From a virus: 64,000 bases of DNA. The DNA is taken from the IMG/VR virus record IMGVR_UViG_3300032236_000879, positions 19,247 to 83,246 of that record. The stretch is one strand, 5' to 3'. Position numbers and translations under genes: made by a program. Positions 8,663 through 19,400 of this stretch are shown piece by piece. Positions within the stretch are counted from its first letter, which is position 1. Every line of letters begins with the position of its first letter. The notes under the pieces are model-generated. The model saw nothing but the letters and a program-made list of their open reading frames with translations. It had not been told where the DNA came from and searched no databases.

Positions 8663-11600
8663 ATGACACAAGACGTAGTAAAAACAGTAGGACCTATAAA
8701 ATCTTCAAAACCAGATGTCGGTGGTGCTGCTACAAAAAACTTTCCGGTGTTCGGTATTGTGAAAGATAATATTGATCCTACGCGATCAGGTAGAATCAAA
8801 GTATTGCTAGCTGATAAGATACCGAACAATTCAGATGATGCATCAAATTGGGTAACAGTTAGTTTCCTCTCTGACTTTTTCGGTAAAATAGATAGTGCTG
8901 CTGGAACAGGAAAAGACGATCACGGCACATATAAATCAAACCCTACTTCATATGGACAATGGCATGCTCCTCCTGATATCGGGACAAAGGTAATCTGTAT
9001 TTTTGTTAATGGAGACCCTAATTATGGATTTTATATTGGATGCGTTCCGGAAGCAGAGACACTTCATATGGTTCCTGCGATTGGTTCATCTGATAATATT
9101 ATAGCAAACGGCGGTGAGGCACAAAGCTACGGCGGTGCAACTAGATTACCGGTCACAAATTTAAATACTAATAATGCTTCTAATGCAGATAGTCCTAATT
9201 TCAATAATAGTCCTCGCCCGGTTCATAGTTATTCTGCTACTATCATGAACCAGCAAGGTATCTTACGAGATCCTATTCGAGGTCCTATCTCATCTTCTGC
9301 ATCACGTGAAGCAGCATCTCGGGTAGGTTGGGGAGTATCTACTCCTGGTCGTCCTATCTATGAGGGAGGATATGATGATTCTACTGTAACTCAGAACTTA
9401 GATGCAAGCAAGAATGCACAATTAAAAGTTGTTGCTCGCCGGGGCGGACATTCTATCGTCATGGACGACGGAGATATCATCGGCAGAGATCAACTTGTTC
9501 GTATTCGTACTGCATTAGGACATCAGATTTTAATGAGTGATGACGGTCAGACATTGATGATCCTTCATTCTAATGGTCAATCATATATTGAGTTAGGTAA
9601 GGAAGGTACGATTGACATGTACTCTACTAACTCAGTGAATATCAGAACACAGGGTGACTTAAATTTACACGCTGACCGAAACGTCAATATTCATGCCATG
9701 GAGAATCTCAATATCCAAGCAAAGAATCTTCAGACTAATTCTGAAGAAAATACAATGATGCGATCAGGGTCAGACTTTAACGTGTCAGCTACAGGTAAAC
9801 TTACTGGTCTTGCGGGTGGACCTGTTGCTTGGGCTGCCGGCGGCGAAGCAAGTTTGGTAGGTGGCGGACAGACATTTGTTAATGGCAGTAAAGTAAATCT
9901 CAACAGCGGTTCTCCTAGCACGACTCCTGAAGCAGTCAAGCCTATCCCGTTGGTAGCACAAACGGATACACTACATGATCAAGAAAAAGGATTTGTCGCT
10001 GCACCAGGAAAGCTACTCACTATCGTATCTCGTGCCCCAGCACATGCCCCCTGGGCTAATGCAGGACAGGGTGTTGATGCTAAAACAAATCTTGATGCAG
10101 CAAGCCAACTTCCTTCAGCAGCAAGCCCGGCAGTTCAATCAGCTACTGCGACTGCCTCTAATAATGCAACTCCGCCCGCAGTAGCTACAGTTGCATCAGC
10201 GCCGTCGAGCGTACCGGCAGTTTCTGCTGCTATGGATAAAAATACTACAGCAGCAGCACTAGGTGCAGTAGCAACTTCAGCAGCAGCAGGGCCATTATCA
10301 GCAGCAGTAACTCAGGGTGCAGCAGTGGTCAATACTGCACAGGGACCTATCGCTGCGGTAGGATCATTTGCACAAACTGCATCTCAGCTTGCTGCGGGTG
10401 GAATATTAAAGCCTGGATCAGCTACGTTGGTAACAAGTTTAGTTCAGTCAGGTGCAAACATCACACAGGCGATGCCGTCATCATTGTTCACTGGAGCAGG
10501 TGGGGTACAAAATCTTACTAGCCTAGTACAAAATACTACAGCACAGGCTACATCTGTTGTCAATACCATGCAACAAGCACAGACTGCATTAGGACAGGTG
10601 GGAGCTATTACCGGTGCTGAATCTGCCACTCAAGTGACTGGCATGGTTACCGCTGCTGCAACTGTTGGGCTGGGTTCTACTATCTCTGCTATTCAACAAA
10701 CAACCACTACAGCATCTTCAGTGGCAAGTGGAGCTATTCCAATAGCCGGTATTGTAGGAGTCGAAGGCACAGTGACAGGTGCATTGAATTCTGCAACCGG
10801 TACACTAAACAGTGCTGCAACTACATTGACTAGTGCAGCAAGTGGAGCATTAAAAAACGCGACAGGTGCAGCAGGATCGCTCGCCGGAGTTGCAAACTCA
10901 TTGACCGGATCTCTGTCGGGTGCAGCAACAGGTATACTAGGGTCAGCAAAATCTGCATTGGGTGCGATTGGATCAGGGGCAGCCGCAGCAGGGTTAGCAC
11001 AATCTATTGGTGGATTGGGCGGAATTCAAAGTGCATTGACTGCAATGGGAAATGTTCCTAGCTTAGCTTCACTTATCAACAAAGCAGAAGGAGTAGCTGC
11101 ATCAGCATTTAATGCAGTAAAAAATTCATTCAAGCCACTACAAGCAGGTGTTCCGCAAAATCTAACACAAATCGCAAAAGAAAATGCTGCATCAGCCGCA
11201 GCGGTCGCGAGCCAGACCACACAAGCAAGTAGTAATTTGTTAAACTCTGTGGGGGCTATTGCTGGAAATGGAGCAGGCACTGGTATCTTGACAGGAGCAT
11301 TATCTGCTGCTACAAGTGCTATAGGAAGTGTAACAGGCGCAGTGAACACAGTCGGCGGCGCAGTAGTAAATGCATCTGGATTAAGTTCTATTGCAGGAAC
11401 AGTAGGTGGTATCACGAAATCAGTTGCATCATTGAACAATAGTGTATCAAGCATTACCGGAGGCATTACCGCTGCTACTAACAAGTTAAGTGCAACCGGT
11501 GGATTAGGAACTGCGGTAACTTCTACTATCAATAACCTATCAGGAGTTGCGGGCAGTGTGTCTAATGCAGTGACAGGTTCAGTGTTGAATACTACGATAG

Positions 11601-12442
11601 GTGGAATACAAAATGCTGTAAACAACGTGAGTGCAATAGCCGGTGCAGGAGCTACGATTGCATCAGGTGGAACGGCTGCATTAACAAATGCCGCATCAGT
11701 AATTCAGCAAGGAGCATCTGCTGCGGTATCCTCTGCTCTAGCGAGCGGATTGAGCAATCTTCCAGGAGGAATCAATACGGTCAATAATGTTGTGAACCAA
11801 GCAGCAGGAGCAGTAAATTCTATTCCAGGAACTGGAGCATTGACTGGTGCGATCAAGACAGCACAGACCGCAGCGATGAATGGATTATCTTCATTGACAA
11901 GTACATCAGGTGCACTGACTGCTGCTACGAGTGGTATAACCGGAGCATTAGGTGGTGCAGCAAGCCAGTTAGGTGGACTGACTGCATTAGCATCTGCTGG
12001 ACTACCGGTAGGTGCAGTTGCACAGCTACAATCCTCTATTGCCTCGCTCACTAGTGGAACACCGGGGGCGATTTCTCTACCTACTGTAGGATTCAATACC
12101 ACAGACAGAGGATCAATCACAGCACAGATCACATCTACTCTAGGTGATCCAGGTATTCCAACTCCGAATTTAGTCGGGTCTATCCCTGAAGCTACTAAAT
12201 CGGCAGTTGATGATGCTAAACAAAAGGCTGAACAAGAGTATCAGGCTGCTGGTGCTGCATATGATGCAAAAACCGCAGAAATAAAAGTACTACTAGATGC
12301 ATACAAAAAACTAGATGCAACATTACCGCCGGGCGATCCTGCAATCGATGCAGCTTATAAAAAGTATCATGATCTCTATTATGGAGCAGAGTATGCTGCA
12401 ATAAAGAAACGCTACTTCGATGCGGTAAAAGCTACAGTATAA
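8663..12442 (+). CDS. gp5: Baseplate central spike (gp5/VgrG OB-fold plus beta-helix) with long Ala/Gly/Ser/Thr tail
   Basis: GIVKDNIDPTRSGRIKV, SYGQWHAPPDIGTKV, GHSIVMDD, RTALGHQILMSD, APAHAPW motifs; no recognisable lysozyme domain. Confidence 0.85.
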   Translation: MTQDVVKTVGPIKSSKPDVGGAATKNFPVFGIVKDNIDPTRSGRIKVLLADKIPNNSDDASNWVTVSFLSDFFGKIDSAAGTGKDDHGTYKSNPTSYGQWHAPPDIGTKVICIFVNGDPNYGFYIGCVPEAETLHMVPAIGSSDNIIANGGEAQSYGGATRLPVTNLNTNNASNADSPNFNNSPRPVHSYSATIMNQQGILRDPIRGPISSSASREAASRVGWGVSTPGRPIYEGGYDDSTVTQNLDASKNAQLKVVARRGGHSIVMDDGDIIGRDQLVRIRTALGHQILMSDDGQTLMILHSNGQSYIELGKEGTIDMYSTNSVNIRTQGDLNLHADRNVNIHAMENLNIQAKNLQTNSEENTMMRSGSDFNVSATGKLTGLAGGPVAWAAGGEASLVGGGQTFVNGSKVNLNSGSPSTTPEAVKPIPLVAQTDTLHDQEKGFVAAPGKLLTIVSRAPAHAPWANAGQGVDAKTNLDAASQLPSAASPAVQSATATASNNATPPAVATVASAPSSVPAVSAAMDKNTTAAALGAVATSAAAGPLSAAVTQGAAVVNTAQGPIAAVGSFAQTASQLAAGGILKPGSATLVTSLVQSGANITQAMPSSLFTGAGGVQNLTSLVQNTTAQATSVVNTMQQAQTALGQVGAITGAESATQVTGMVTAAATVGLGSTISAIQQTTTTASSVASGAIPIAGIVGVEGTVTGALNSATGTLNSAATTLTSAASGALKNATGAAGSLAGVANSLTGSLSGAATGILGSAKSALGAIGSGAAAAGLAQSIGGLGGIQSALTAMGNVPSLASLINKAEGVAASAFNAVKNSFKPLQAGVPQNLTQIAKENAASAAAVASQTTQASSNLLNSVGAIAGNGAGTGILTGALSAATSAIGSVTGAVNTVGGAVVNASGLSSIAGTVGGITKSVASLNNSVSSITGGITAATNKLSATGGLGTAVTSTINNLSGVAGSVSNAVTGSVLNTTIGGIQNAVNNVSAIAGAGATIASGGTAALTNAASVIQQGASAAVSSALASGLSNLPGGINTVNNVVNQAAGAVNSIPGTGALTGAIKTAQTAAMNGLSSLTSTSGALTAATSGITGALGGAASQLGGLTALASAGLPVGAVAQLQSSIASLTSGTPGAISLPTVGFNTTDRGSITAQITSTLGDPGIPTPNLVGSIPEATKSAVDDAKQKAEQEYQAAGAAYDAKTAEIKVLLDAYKKLDATLPPGDPAIDAAYKKYHDLYYGAEYAAIKKRYFDAVKATV

Positions 12443-12445
12443 ATA
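12438..12445 (+). promoter_or_regulatory. T4-like late promoter TATAAATA
   Basis: Exact T4 consensus upstream of gp25, followed by an AAGGA RBS. Confidence 0.7.
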
Positions 12446-12462
12446 CTACAAAGGAATGATCA

Positions 12463-12966
12463 ATGCCGCAATACGTAGGATTTAGTACTCAAAATGCATG
12501 TCTACCAAGAAGCACTAACATGCAACTCAATAGTTCTATGGGTTCTAGTGTAAGCATCAACGGACTCAACATCAATGGTTACGGAATTCCTACTGGATAT
12601 GGCGGAATCGGGAACTCATTGATTTCTGGAAAGAAGTTTACTCTAACTGATAGTCAACTAGTGATTCGAGATTTTCTAAACGCATTGAATATTCCTCTAG
12701 GATCAGTTGTCGGTCAACCCGGAATAGGCACCTCGCTCTGGTCATTCTTGTTCGAACCTAATACTATAGATGTTCAGACACAACTTGAACTTGAACTTCG
12801 CAGGGTTGCTGCTCAGGATCCTAGAATCGATCTTAATCTTGTGCAGGCTTTTCCGCAAGAAAACGGTATCCTTGTAGAAATACAATTTTCAATAGTGCCT
12901 TTCAATAATCCACAAACTTTAAATGTATTCTTTAATCAGCAAACATTAGTTGCTGCTCCGGTATAA
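12463..12966 (+). CDS. gp25: Baseplate wedge/sheath initiator (gp25-like)
   Basis: LVIRDFLNALN...P.IGTSLWSFLFEP...DPRI pattern; between gp5 and gp6. Confidence 0.85.
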   Translation: MPQYVGFSTQNACLPRSTNMQLNSSMGSSVSINGLNINGYGIPTGYGGIGNSLISGKKFTLTDSQLVIRDFLNALNIPLGSVVGQPGIGTSLWSFLFEPNTIDVQTQLELELRRVAAQDPRIDLNLVQAFPQENGILVEIQFSIVPFNNPQTLNVFFNQQTLVAAPV

Positions 12967-12989
12967 CAAAAATCCACTTTTTTGATAAT

Positions 12990-12997
12990 GATAAATA
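12990..12997 (+). promoter_or_regulatory. T4-like late promoter GATAAATA
   Basis: Intergenic, upstream of gp6. Confidence 0.7.
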
Positions 12998-13021
12998 TAT
13001 TCATATCAAAAGAGTATAATT

Positions 13022-16000
13022 ATGGCAACAAGTACTAGACAATCTGCATTATTTGGACTGAATGACTGGAAGACATTCTATCAAACATATAATCAGGCCG
13101 ATTTTCAAAGTTATGACTATGAAACCCTGCGCAAGGCTTTCATCGATTATCTACGTCTGTACTATCCTGAAACTTTCAACGACTACACCGAATCTTCTGA
13201 ATTCATCGCATTACTAGATGTTATCGCATTCATGGGTCAAGGTCTTGCTTTCCGCGATGACCTAAATGCTCGTGAAAATTTTATTGATACTGCTGAACGT
13301 CGTGACTCAGTTATCAAGCTCGCGAACCTCGTGAGTTATACACCGAAAAGAAATCTTGCCGGTCAAGGATACTTAAAAGTAATCAGTGTTTCAACAACGC
13401 AAAATATCACTGATATCAACGGCATGAATCTAGGCAATCAGACAGTTCTTTGGAATGATCCGGCTAATGCGAACTGGCTAGAACAGATGAATACGATCTG
13501 GAATGCTGCAATGATCAATACACAAAGGATTGGCAGACCAGGCAACACGACTGATATTTTAGGTGTTACTACGAGTGAGTATGCATTACAGATTCCTACT
13601 ACATCACTTCCGATCATTCCGTTCACTTCTAATATCAATGGCATGAACATGAACTTTGAATTAGTGAGCGTATCAACTATCGGTGAAGATTATGTTTACG
13701 AGATTCCTCCTGCACCTTCAGGTCGTTTCAACATGCTATATCGTAATGACAAGTTAGGATTCGGATCTCCAGAAACAGGATTCTTCTTCTACTTCAAGCA
13801 AGGTTCTCTACAGAATTATGACTTCACCCTTCAGCAACAAGTTGCTAATCAAAATATCGGTATTGGTACTATCGAAGGGGTGAACAACACTGATACATGG
13901 TTATATCAGATCAATAATAATAACACACGGACCTTATGGAAGCAAGTAGATAATATCTACGCTGATGCGTATCTACAGACTGAAACATCTGGAAGAAAGA
14001 TTTTCTCAGTAAACTCAGGATTCAATGATACTGTTTCATATATATTTGGTGATGGAGTATTTTCTGCGATTCCATTAGGAAATTATAGAGCATATGTTCG
14101 TGCAGGAAATGCGTTGACATATACTATCGATCCTAATGAGATGAACAATGTCACTATCTCGTTTACATATATTGATAGAACAGGTAAACCTCAGACCTTG
14201 ACTATCGGACTAACACTGACATTAGTTGTGAATAATGCACAGGCTCGTGAAACCCAGCAAGACATCAAGCAACGTGCACCTACTCGCTACTATACACAAA
14301 ACAGAATGGTCAATGGTGAAGACTACAATAACTTCCCGTACACGCTGTATAGTTCAATCATCAAGTCTAAGGCGCTGAATCGTTCTTCGATTGGAGTATC
14401 AAAGAACTTAGATTTACTTGATCCTACTGGCAAATACTCAAGCACTAATTCTTTTGGTAGTGATGGTGCACTATTCCAGAGTGATGTGGAAGGATTCTTG
14501 AATCTAACTATCACGAATTCTAGTGACATTATTTCATTCTTCACGAATAATTTAGCTGCGGTACTTGGACTGAATAGTGCCAATCAATATTATGTACAGA
14601 ATTATCCTAGATATCTAATCACGGATCCTGCAACAACCCCAGCATCTCAATTTGTATATTGGAAAACAAGCACAGTTGATACTAGCACAGAATCAGGTTA
14701 CTTTTATAGTGTGCTCGGTGCCCTAGAATCTCCGCTTTCGGTAGGAACATATTCTTCTACTAATCTAAAGTATATAACAACAGGAGCGTTGTGTAAATTC
14801 GTCGCTCCTATCGGTTATTACTTTGATCCTAATAATCGTTTAATCCCCGGTATTCCAGGATCAGGTGATTCTACTTATATCTGGACAACTGTTCTCAATG
14901 TAGCAGGTGATGGCAGTAATAATAATCAAGGAACGTTTGCTAATGGAACAGGCCCAATAAAGATCAGCGGGTATCTACCTGACGGTGTTATCTTGACCAA
15001 TGTCATTCCTGTATTTGACAATAATATTCCTGCTGCGGTAATTCAAGAATGTGTTCTGAGAATGGAGCTACAGCAGAACTTTACATTAGAATTTGACAAC
15101 TCATTGTTGATTACACAACAACGTTGGTCAGTAGGTAAATATAATAATCCAAATTATTTTGTAAAGTTTACATCTACTGGTGTCAATATGTATACTATCA
15201 CATACAGAGCATTAAACTATTATTTTGGTTCTGTTGCAAGCACTAGATTTACTATGAATAACAATGAGATAGTATATGATCCTTATTCGGGTAAGATCAT
15301 TCAAGATTTCGTGAATATTCTTTCAATCAATACCCAACCTAATTCAACACAAGCATTGGGTAAAGATTATAAGATAAATGTCATAGGTCAAACAACACAG
15401 AGCGATGGTTATGTGAATGATTTTGAAGTACAAGTTGCAGCTACAGATGTAAACAACAGACAACTACTATTGAATCCAGATTTTTTCAGTGAAGTGACTG
15501 GATATGTTTCAGGTGGCACCAATACAGGAATCTATGTTTTCTTTGAAACAGTCATTGATCCTCTAAATCTGTCACGCCAATACATTATTCCTACGACTGA
15601 TGTTGTCTATGTATATCCTACTTTGAGTCAGATCGAAGTAGTGAAATATGATTATCCTTTAGGACAATTGTTTTATGCATATAGCGATGGGATTTTTTAC
15701 AAGTCAGTGCAAGATTATACGGTCGTAACTCCATCTTATATTATGACTCCGCAACCACAATATTCAGTATTGCCGGGTCGTCAGGGACTATCCTTCCAGT
15801 ACAGACATAACTCTAATAACACAAATAGAATTGATCCTGTCACTACGAACATCATTGATCTATATGTGGTGACTCAATCATACTATACAGCATATCAAAA
15901 TTATATTCAAGATACTACCGGTACTGTTCCTGAACCAAATCGACCAACGATCAATGAACTTAGCCAAGACTACGGACAAGTTCAAGATTATAAAATGCTA

Positions 16001-16402
16001 TCAGATGCAGTGATCTTAAATAGTGTTGTGTTCAAGCCGCTGTTTGGTCCAAAAGCTGAACCTGCACTTCGTGGTACTATCAAAGTTATCAAGATGAGCA
16101 GTACAAGCGCAAGTGACAGCGAAATTAGAAGTGCAGTACTGACTGCTATGAATACATATTTCAATGTTAACAATTGGAACTTTGGTGATACTTTCTACTT
16201 CTCAGAATTAAGTGCTTATCTACATGCACAGTGCGGTGATTTGATTAGTTCTGCGGTTCTTGTTCCTAATGACCCAAATAAAAGATTCGGAGACTTATAT
16301 GAAATCAAATGTTTACCCTATGAAATTTTCGTGAACGCAGCAACATCAAATGATATCGTAGTCGTAGCGGCTCTTACACCCGCAGAACTTCAAATTGCAT
16401 AA
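13022..16402 (+). CDS. gp6: Baseplate wedge subunit (T4 gp6-like)
   Basis: FNDYTESSEFIALLD, RENFIDTAERRDSV.KLA..VSY.PKR, FGDG.F, IKQRAP..YYTQNRMVNGEDY motifs. Confidence 0.9.
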   Translation: MATSTRQSALFGLNDWKTFYQTYNQADFQSYDYETLRKAFIDYLRLYYPETFNDYTESSEFIALLDVIAFMGQGLAFRDDLNARENFIDTAERRDSVIKLANLVSYTPKRNLAGQGYLKVISVSTTQNITDINGMNLGNQTVLWNDPANANWLEQMNTIWNAAMINTQRIGRPGNTTDILGVTTSEYALQIPTTSLPIIPFTSNINGMNMNFELVSVSTIGEDYVYEIPPAPSGRFNMLYRNDKLGFGSPETGFFFYFKQGSLQNYDFTLQQQVANQNIGIGTIEGVNNTDTWLYQINNNNTRTLWKQVDNIYADAYLQTETSGRKIFSVNSGFNDTVSYIFGDGVFSAIPLGNYRAYVRAGNALTYTIDPNEMNNVTISFTYIDRTGKPQTLTIGLTLTLVVNNAQARETQQDIKQRAPTRYYTQNRMVNGEDYNNFPYTLYSSIIKSKALNRSSIGVSKNLDLLDPTGKYSSTNSFGSDGALFQSDVEGFLNLTITNSSDIISFFTNNLAAVLGLNSANQYYVQNYPRYLITDPATTPASQFVYWKTSTVDTSTESGYFYSVLGALESPLSVGTYSSTNLKYITTGALCKFVAPIGYYFDPNNRLIPGIPGSGDSTYIWTTVLNVAGDGSNNNQGTFANGTGPIKISGYLPDGVILTNVIPVFDNNIPAAVIQECVLRMELQQNFTLEFDNSLLITQQRWSVGKYNNPNYFVKFTSTGVNMYTITYRALNYYFGSVASTRFTMNNNEIVYDPYSGKIIQDFVNILSINTQPNSTQALGKDYKINVIGQTTQSDGYVNDFEVQVAATDVNNRQLLLNPDFFSEVTGYVSGGTNTGIYVFFETVIDPLNLSRQYIIPTTDVVYVYPTLSQIEVVKYDYPLGQLFYAYSDGIFYKSVQDYTVVTPSYIMTPQPQYSVLPGRQGLSFQYRHNSNNTNRIDPVTTNIIDLYVVTQSYYTAYQNYIQDTTGTVPEPNRPTINELSQDYGQVQDYKMLSDAVILNSVVFKPLFGPKAEPALRGTIKVIKMSSTSASDSEIRSAVLTAMNTYFNVNNWNFGDTFYFSELSAYLHAQCGDLISSAVLVPNDPNKRFGDLYEIKCLPYEIFVNAATSNDIVVVAALTPAELQIA

Positions 16403-16404
16403 AA

Positions 16405-16412
16405 GATAAGTA
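16405..16412 (+). promoter_or_regulatory. Late promoter variant GATAAGTA, 5 nt before ATG
   Basis: Occupies the 15-nt gap between gp6 and the giant gene; no Shine-Dalgarno sequence. Confidence 0.55.
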
Positions 16413-16417
16413 TATAC

Positions 16418-19400
16418 ATGGCTAGAATTAGAACACTTAATTTTCTTCCAGAGGTTTTTCAAACTCCTCCTAACGCTCAGTTTTTGGCAGCGACATTAGA
16501 TCAACTCGTAAATTCTCCCAACGTCGCTAACGTTCAAGGTTATGTGGGAAGTAAGTTTGGCACCGGCGTCAATGCTACAGATGCTTATGTGCCCGAACCT
16601 ACTAAAGCTCGTGTTGACTATCAGTTAGATCCTGCAGTGGTCTTCACCAAACCAAACGAAACGACTGCAAATGATTTTGTGACTTATCCTGGAATCCTTG
16701 ATGCTATTAAATTAGCAGGAGGAATCACAGATGATAACAGCAAGTTGTTCACTAGCCAATTTTATTCATGGGATTCATTCACTAACTTAGATCCATTGAT
16801 TAATTTCAATCAGTACTATTGGCTACCGGATGGTCCTCCTGCAGTAACAGTTGCAGCTTCTACTATATTCTCCAAAGAAGCCTTTGTTGTAACTAGTAAT
16901 ACCAATTCATATAGTATTGTAAGAGAAGGTTCTACTACTTCAAATGCTAATCCTCCGATCACCTTATTGAGAGGAGGTACATATACTTTTGCAGTCAATC
17001 AGAATACCCGATTCTGGATTCAAGGGGCTCCGGGCATATCAGGTTATAGTCCAACCCAGCCTAATCAACCGGTTCGTGATGTTTATGGTGTAACGAATAA
17101 CGGAGTAGAAACTGGATTTGTGACATTCGAAGTTCCGCTGAAGAATGCACAGGATGAATTTAATTTTCCAAATACTGTGAATGTCGATGTGATCAGTACT
17201 ACATCATTTGATAACATCAATGGTCAGTTCGTTAATTCATTTGCAGGCATCGACGGTATCACATCACTATTAGGATTGACTGTTGCATTCTACAACACGC
17301 CGCAAGAAATCGCATACATCTCTTCCTACTACGGTGAGACCTCGTATGATACAAACGATCCTGCGTTAGTTCCTCCGGCTACGCTTTCTATTGCTAGCTG
17401 TAATACGAGCGCATTCACCCTTGCATCAGGAAATACTAGTGGTTTGGTTGTAGGTGGTACTGTAACTTTCACGGGAACAGTATTCGGTGGAGTCAATCCT
17501 GGTCAAGTTTATTTTATCAATAGCATTCCTAGCTCTAATTCATTCACTATCGCAACTTCATTGAATGGTCCGACCCTAACCCTGACTGCTGCATCAGGCA
17601 GCATGACTGCAAACGTCAATCAGGGCTTGTATGAAGATGGATATAATGCAAACATTAATACAACATTCTTCACTGTAACCTATATCGGTGATCCTACTAA
17701 TCCAATCATTCGACTAGTACCGTCAGGTGCGATTCCGTCAAACACGAAGATCGTGCCCGTATATGGAGTAGAGTGGAACAATAGACCATTCTATCTAGAT
17801 GTTGCCAACAATCTAGAATTGATTCCTTATATTAGTGCTCCGCTTGATGTTCTTTACTATCAGGATGGAACTGATCCTAATAAAGTGGGAACTATTCACC
17901 TAATCGAAAGCAATCTTAATAATACTATCGACGTTGATCTACAGATCCTAGGTAAAAAGAATTATACTGCTCCAAATGGGGTTGTATTCACTAATGGGTT
18001 GAAAGTAGAATTTGACGGCGACGTTATTCCTACAAGTTATCTGACTGGACAATACTATGTTCAGGGTGTAGGTACAGCCATCGAATTAGTAAATGTAGAG
18101 ACTCTCGTTGTTCCGGAAAAGTTCAGTGAAGGTGAATATATCGCATGGGATGTAACAAGCTGGGATATCGGAAATTATGACATCAGCCTTGACATTCCAG
18201 TGCTTGCTGATTATATTGTAATTGCGCGTAATGCAATCAGCAAGAATGCATGGGCACGAAGCAATCGTTGGTTCCATATTGATGTGATCAATGCAACTGC
18301 AAAATATAATAATGATCCTACTATTGTCACAACGTATGCAACTGCTGCCAATAAAGCAGCAAGACCTATTATTGAATTCTATCCGAATCTAAAACTGTTT
18401 GATTCTGGTGCTACTGGTGTAAATCCAGTAGACTTTATTGATACTACCAATACTGATGCGCTCTCGACTGTTCCCGGATCAGTCGCATATTATCCGGATG
18501 TTCAAGTGTATTCGACTGCATCTGCTACTATTACTGCTAGCCCTACGACTCCTGTCTCTGCCGGTTCATTCGTTGTAGGAAACACCTACCAAATCAGTAC
18601 ATATGGTACAACGACTGACTGGAATGCGATTGCTGGAACTTCATATCAAAACTACGCAGTAGGAAGCAGATTTGTGTGCGTGAATGCGGGTTCTGGTAAT
18701 GGTTTTGCAGTACCATTGGCAACATCAACTACTATCACAGTTGCAGCAAGTGCACTTAATGGTACACTTGCTGATTATATGTTTATTGCTGACTCTACTG
18801 GTATATTACCTGCTAATTCACAGATCACTAATATTTCAGGAACAACTACATTAACATTGACAGTAACTTGGGCAATTCCTCAGAATGTTGTCGGAGCATC
18901 AGGCGTAATTCTATATGCGAGTGATACTACTGTCAATAACTACGGACTATTTCCGGGCGCTCGTGTTATCTTTGCAGGAGATAGTGATCCTAACGTAAGA
19001 AATAAAATCTATGTTTCTAATTTCTCTGTGATCGCACCTTCTACTACACCAACCATTACTTTGATTGTAGCAGAAGATGGTATAATCGGACCAGACACAC
19101 AAACAGTAATAACCCGGGGTTATACAAATGCTGGATTGAGTTACTGGTTTGATGGCTTATATTGGAATCAAGCACAGCAGAAAGTATATTTGAACCAAGC
19201 TCCAAAGTTTGATGTATTTGATGCGAACGGTGTAAGCTTCGGAGATAGCACAGTATATCCTAGCACGACTTTTGCAGGCTCTAAGTTATTTGCTTACGGT
19301 CTAGGGACAGGAACTAAAGACCCTGTTTTAGGGTTCCCGATTCGTTATAGTTCAGTATCTAACCTAGGGGATATCAGCTTTGATGTCTCGCTAAATTCTG

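Noticed and set aside
9730-12401. Long antisense ORFs (e.g. 11026-11625, 11704-12132) and similar ones opposite fibre genes
   Set aside because: Shadow frames produced by Ala/Gly/Thr codon bias; no RBS or recognisable motifs.
3947-16402. Bacterial eCIS/T6SS/tailocin locus
   Set aside because: Linked gp46/47/55, T4-like late promoters and homing endonucleases indicate a phage genome.
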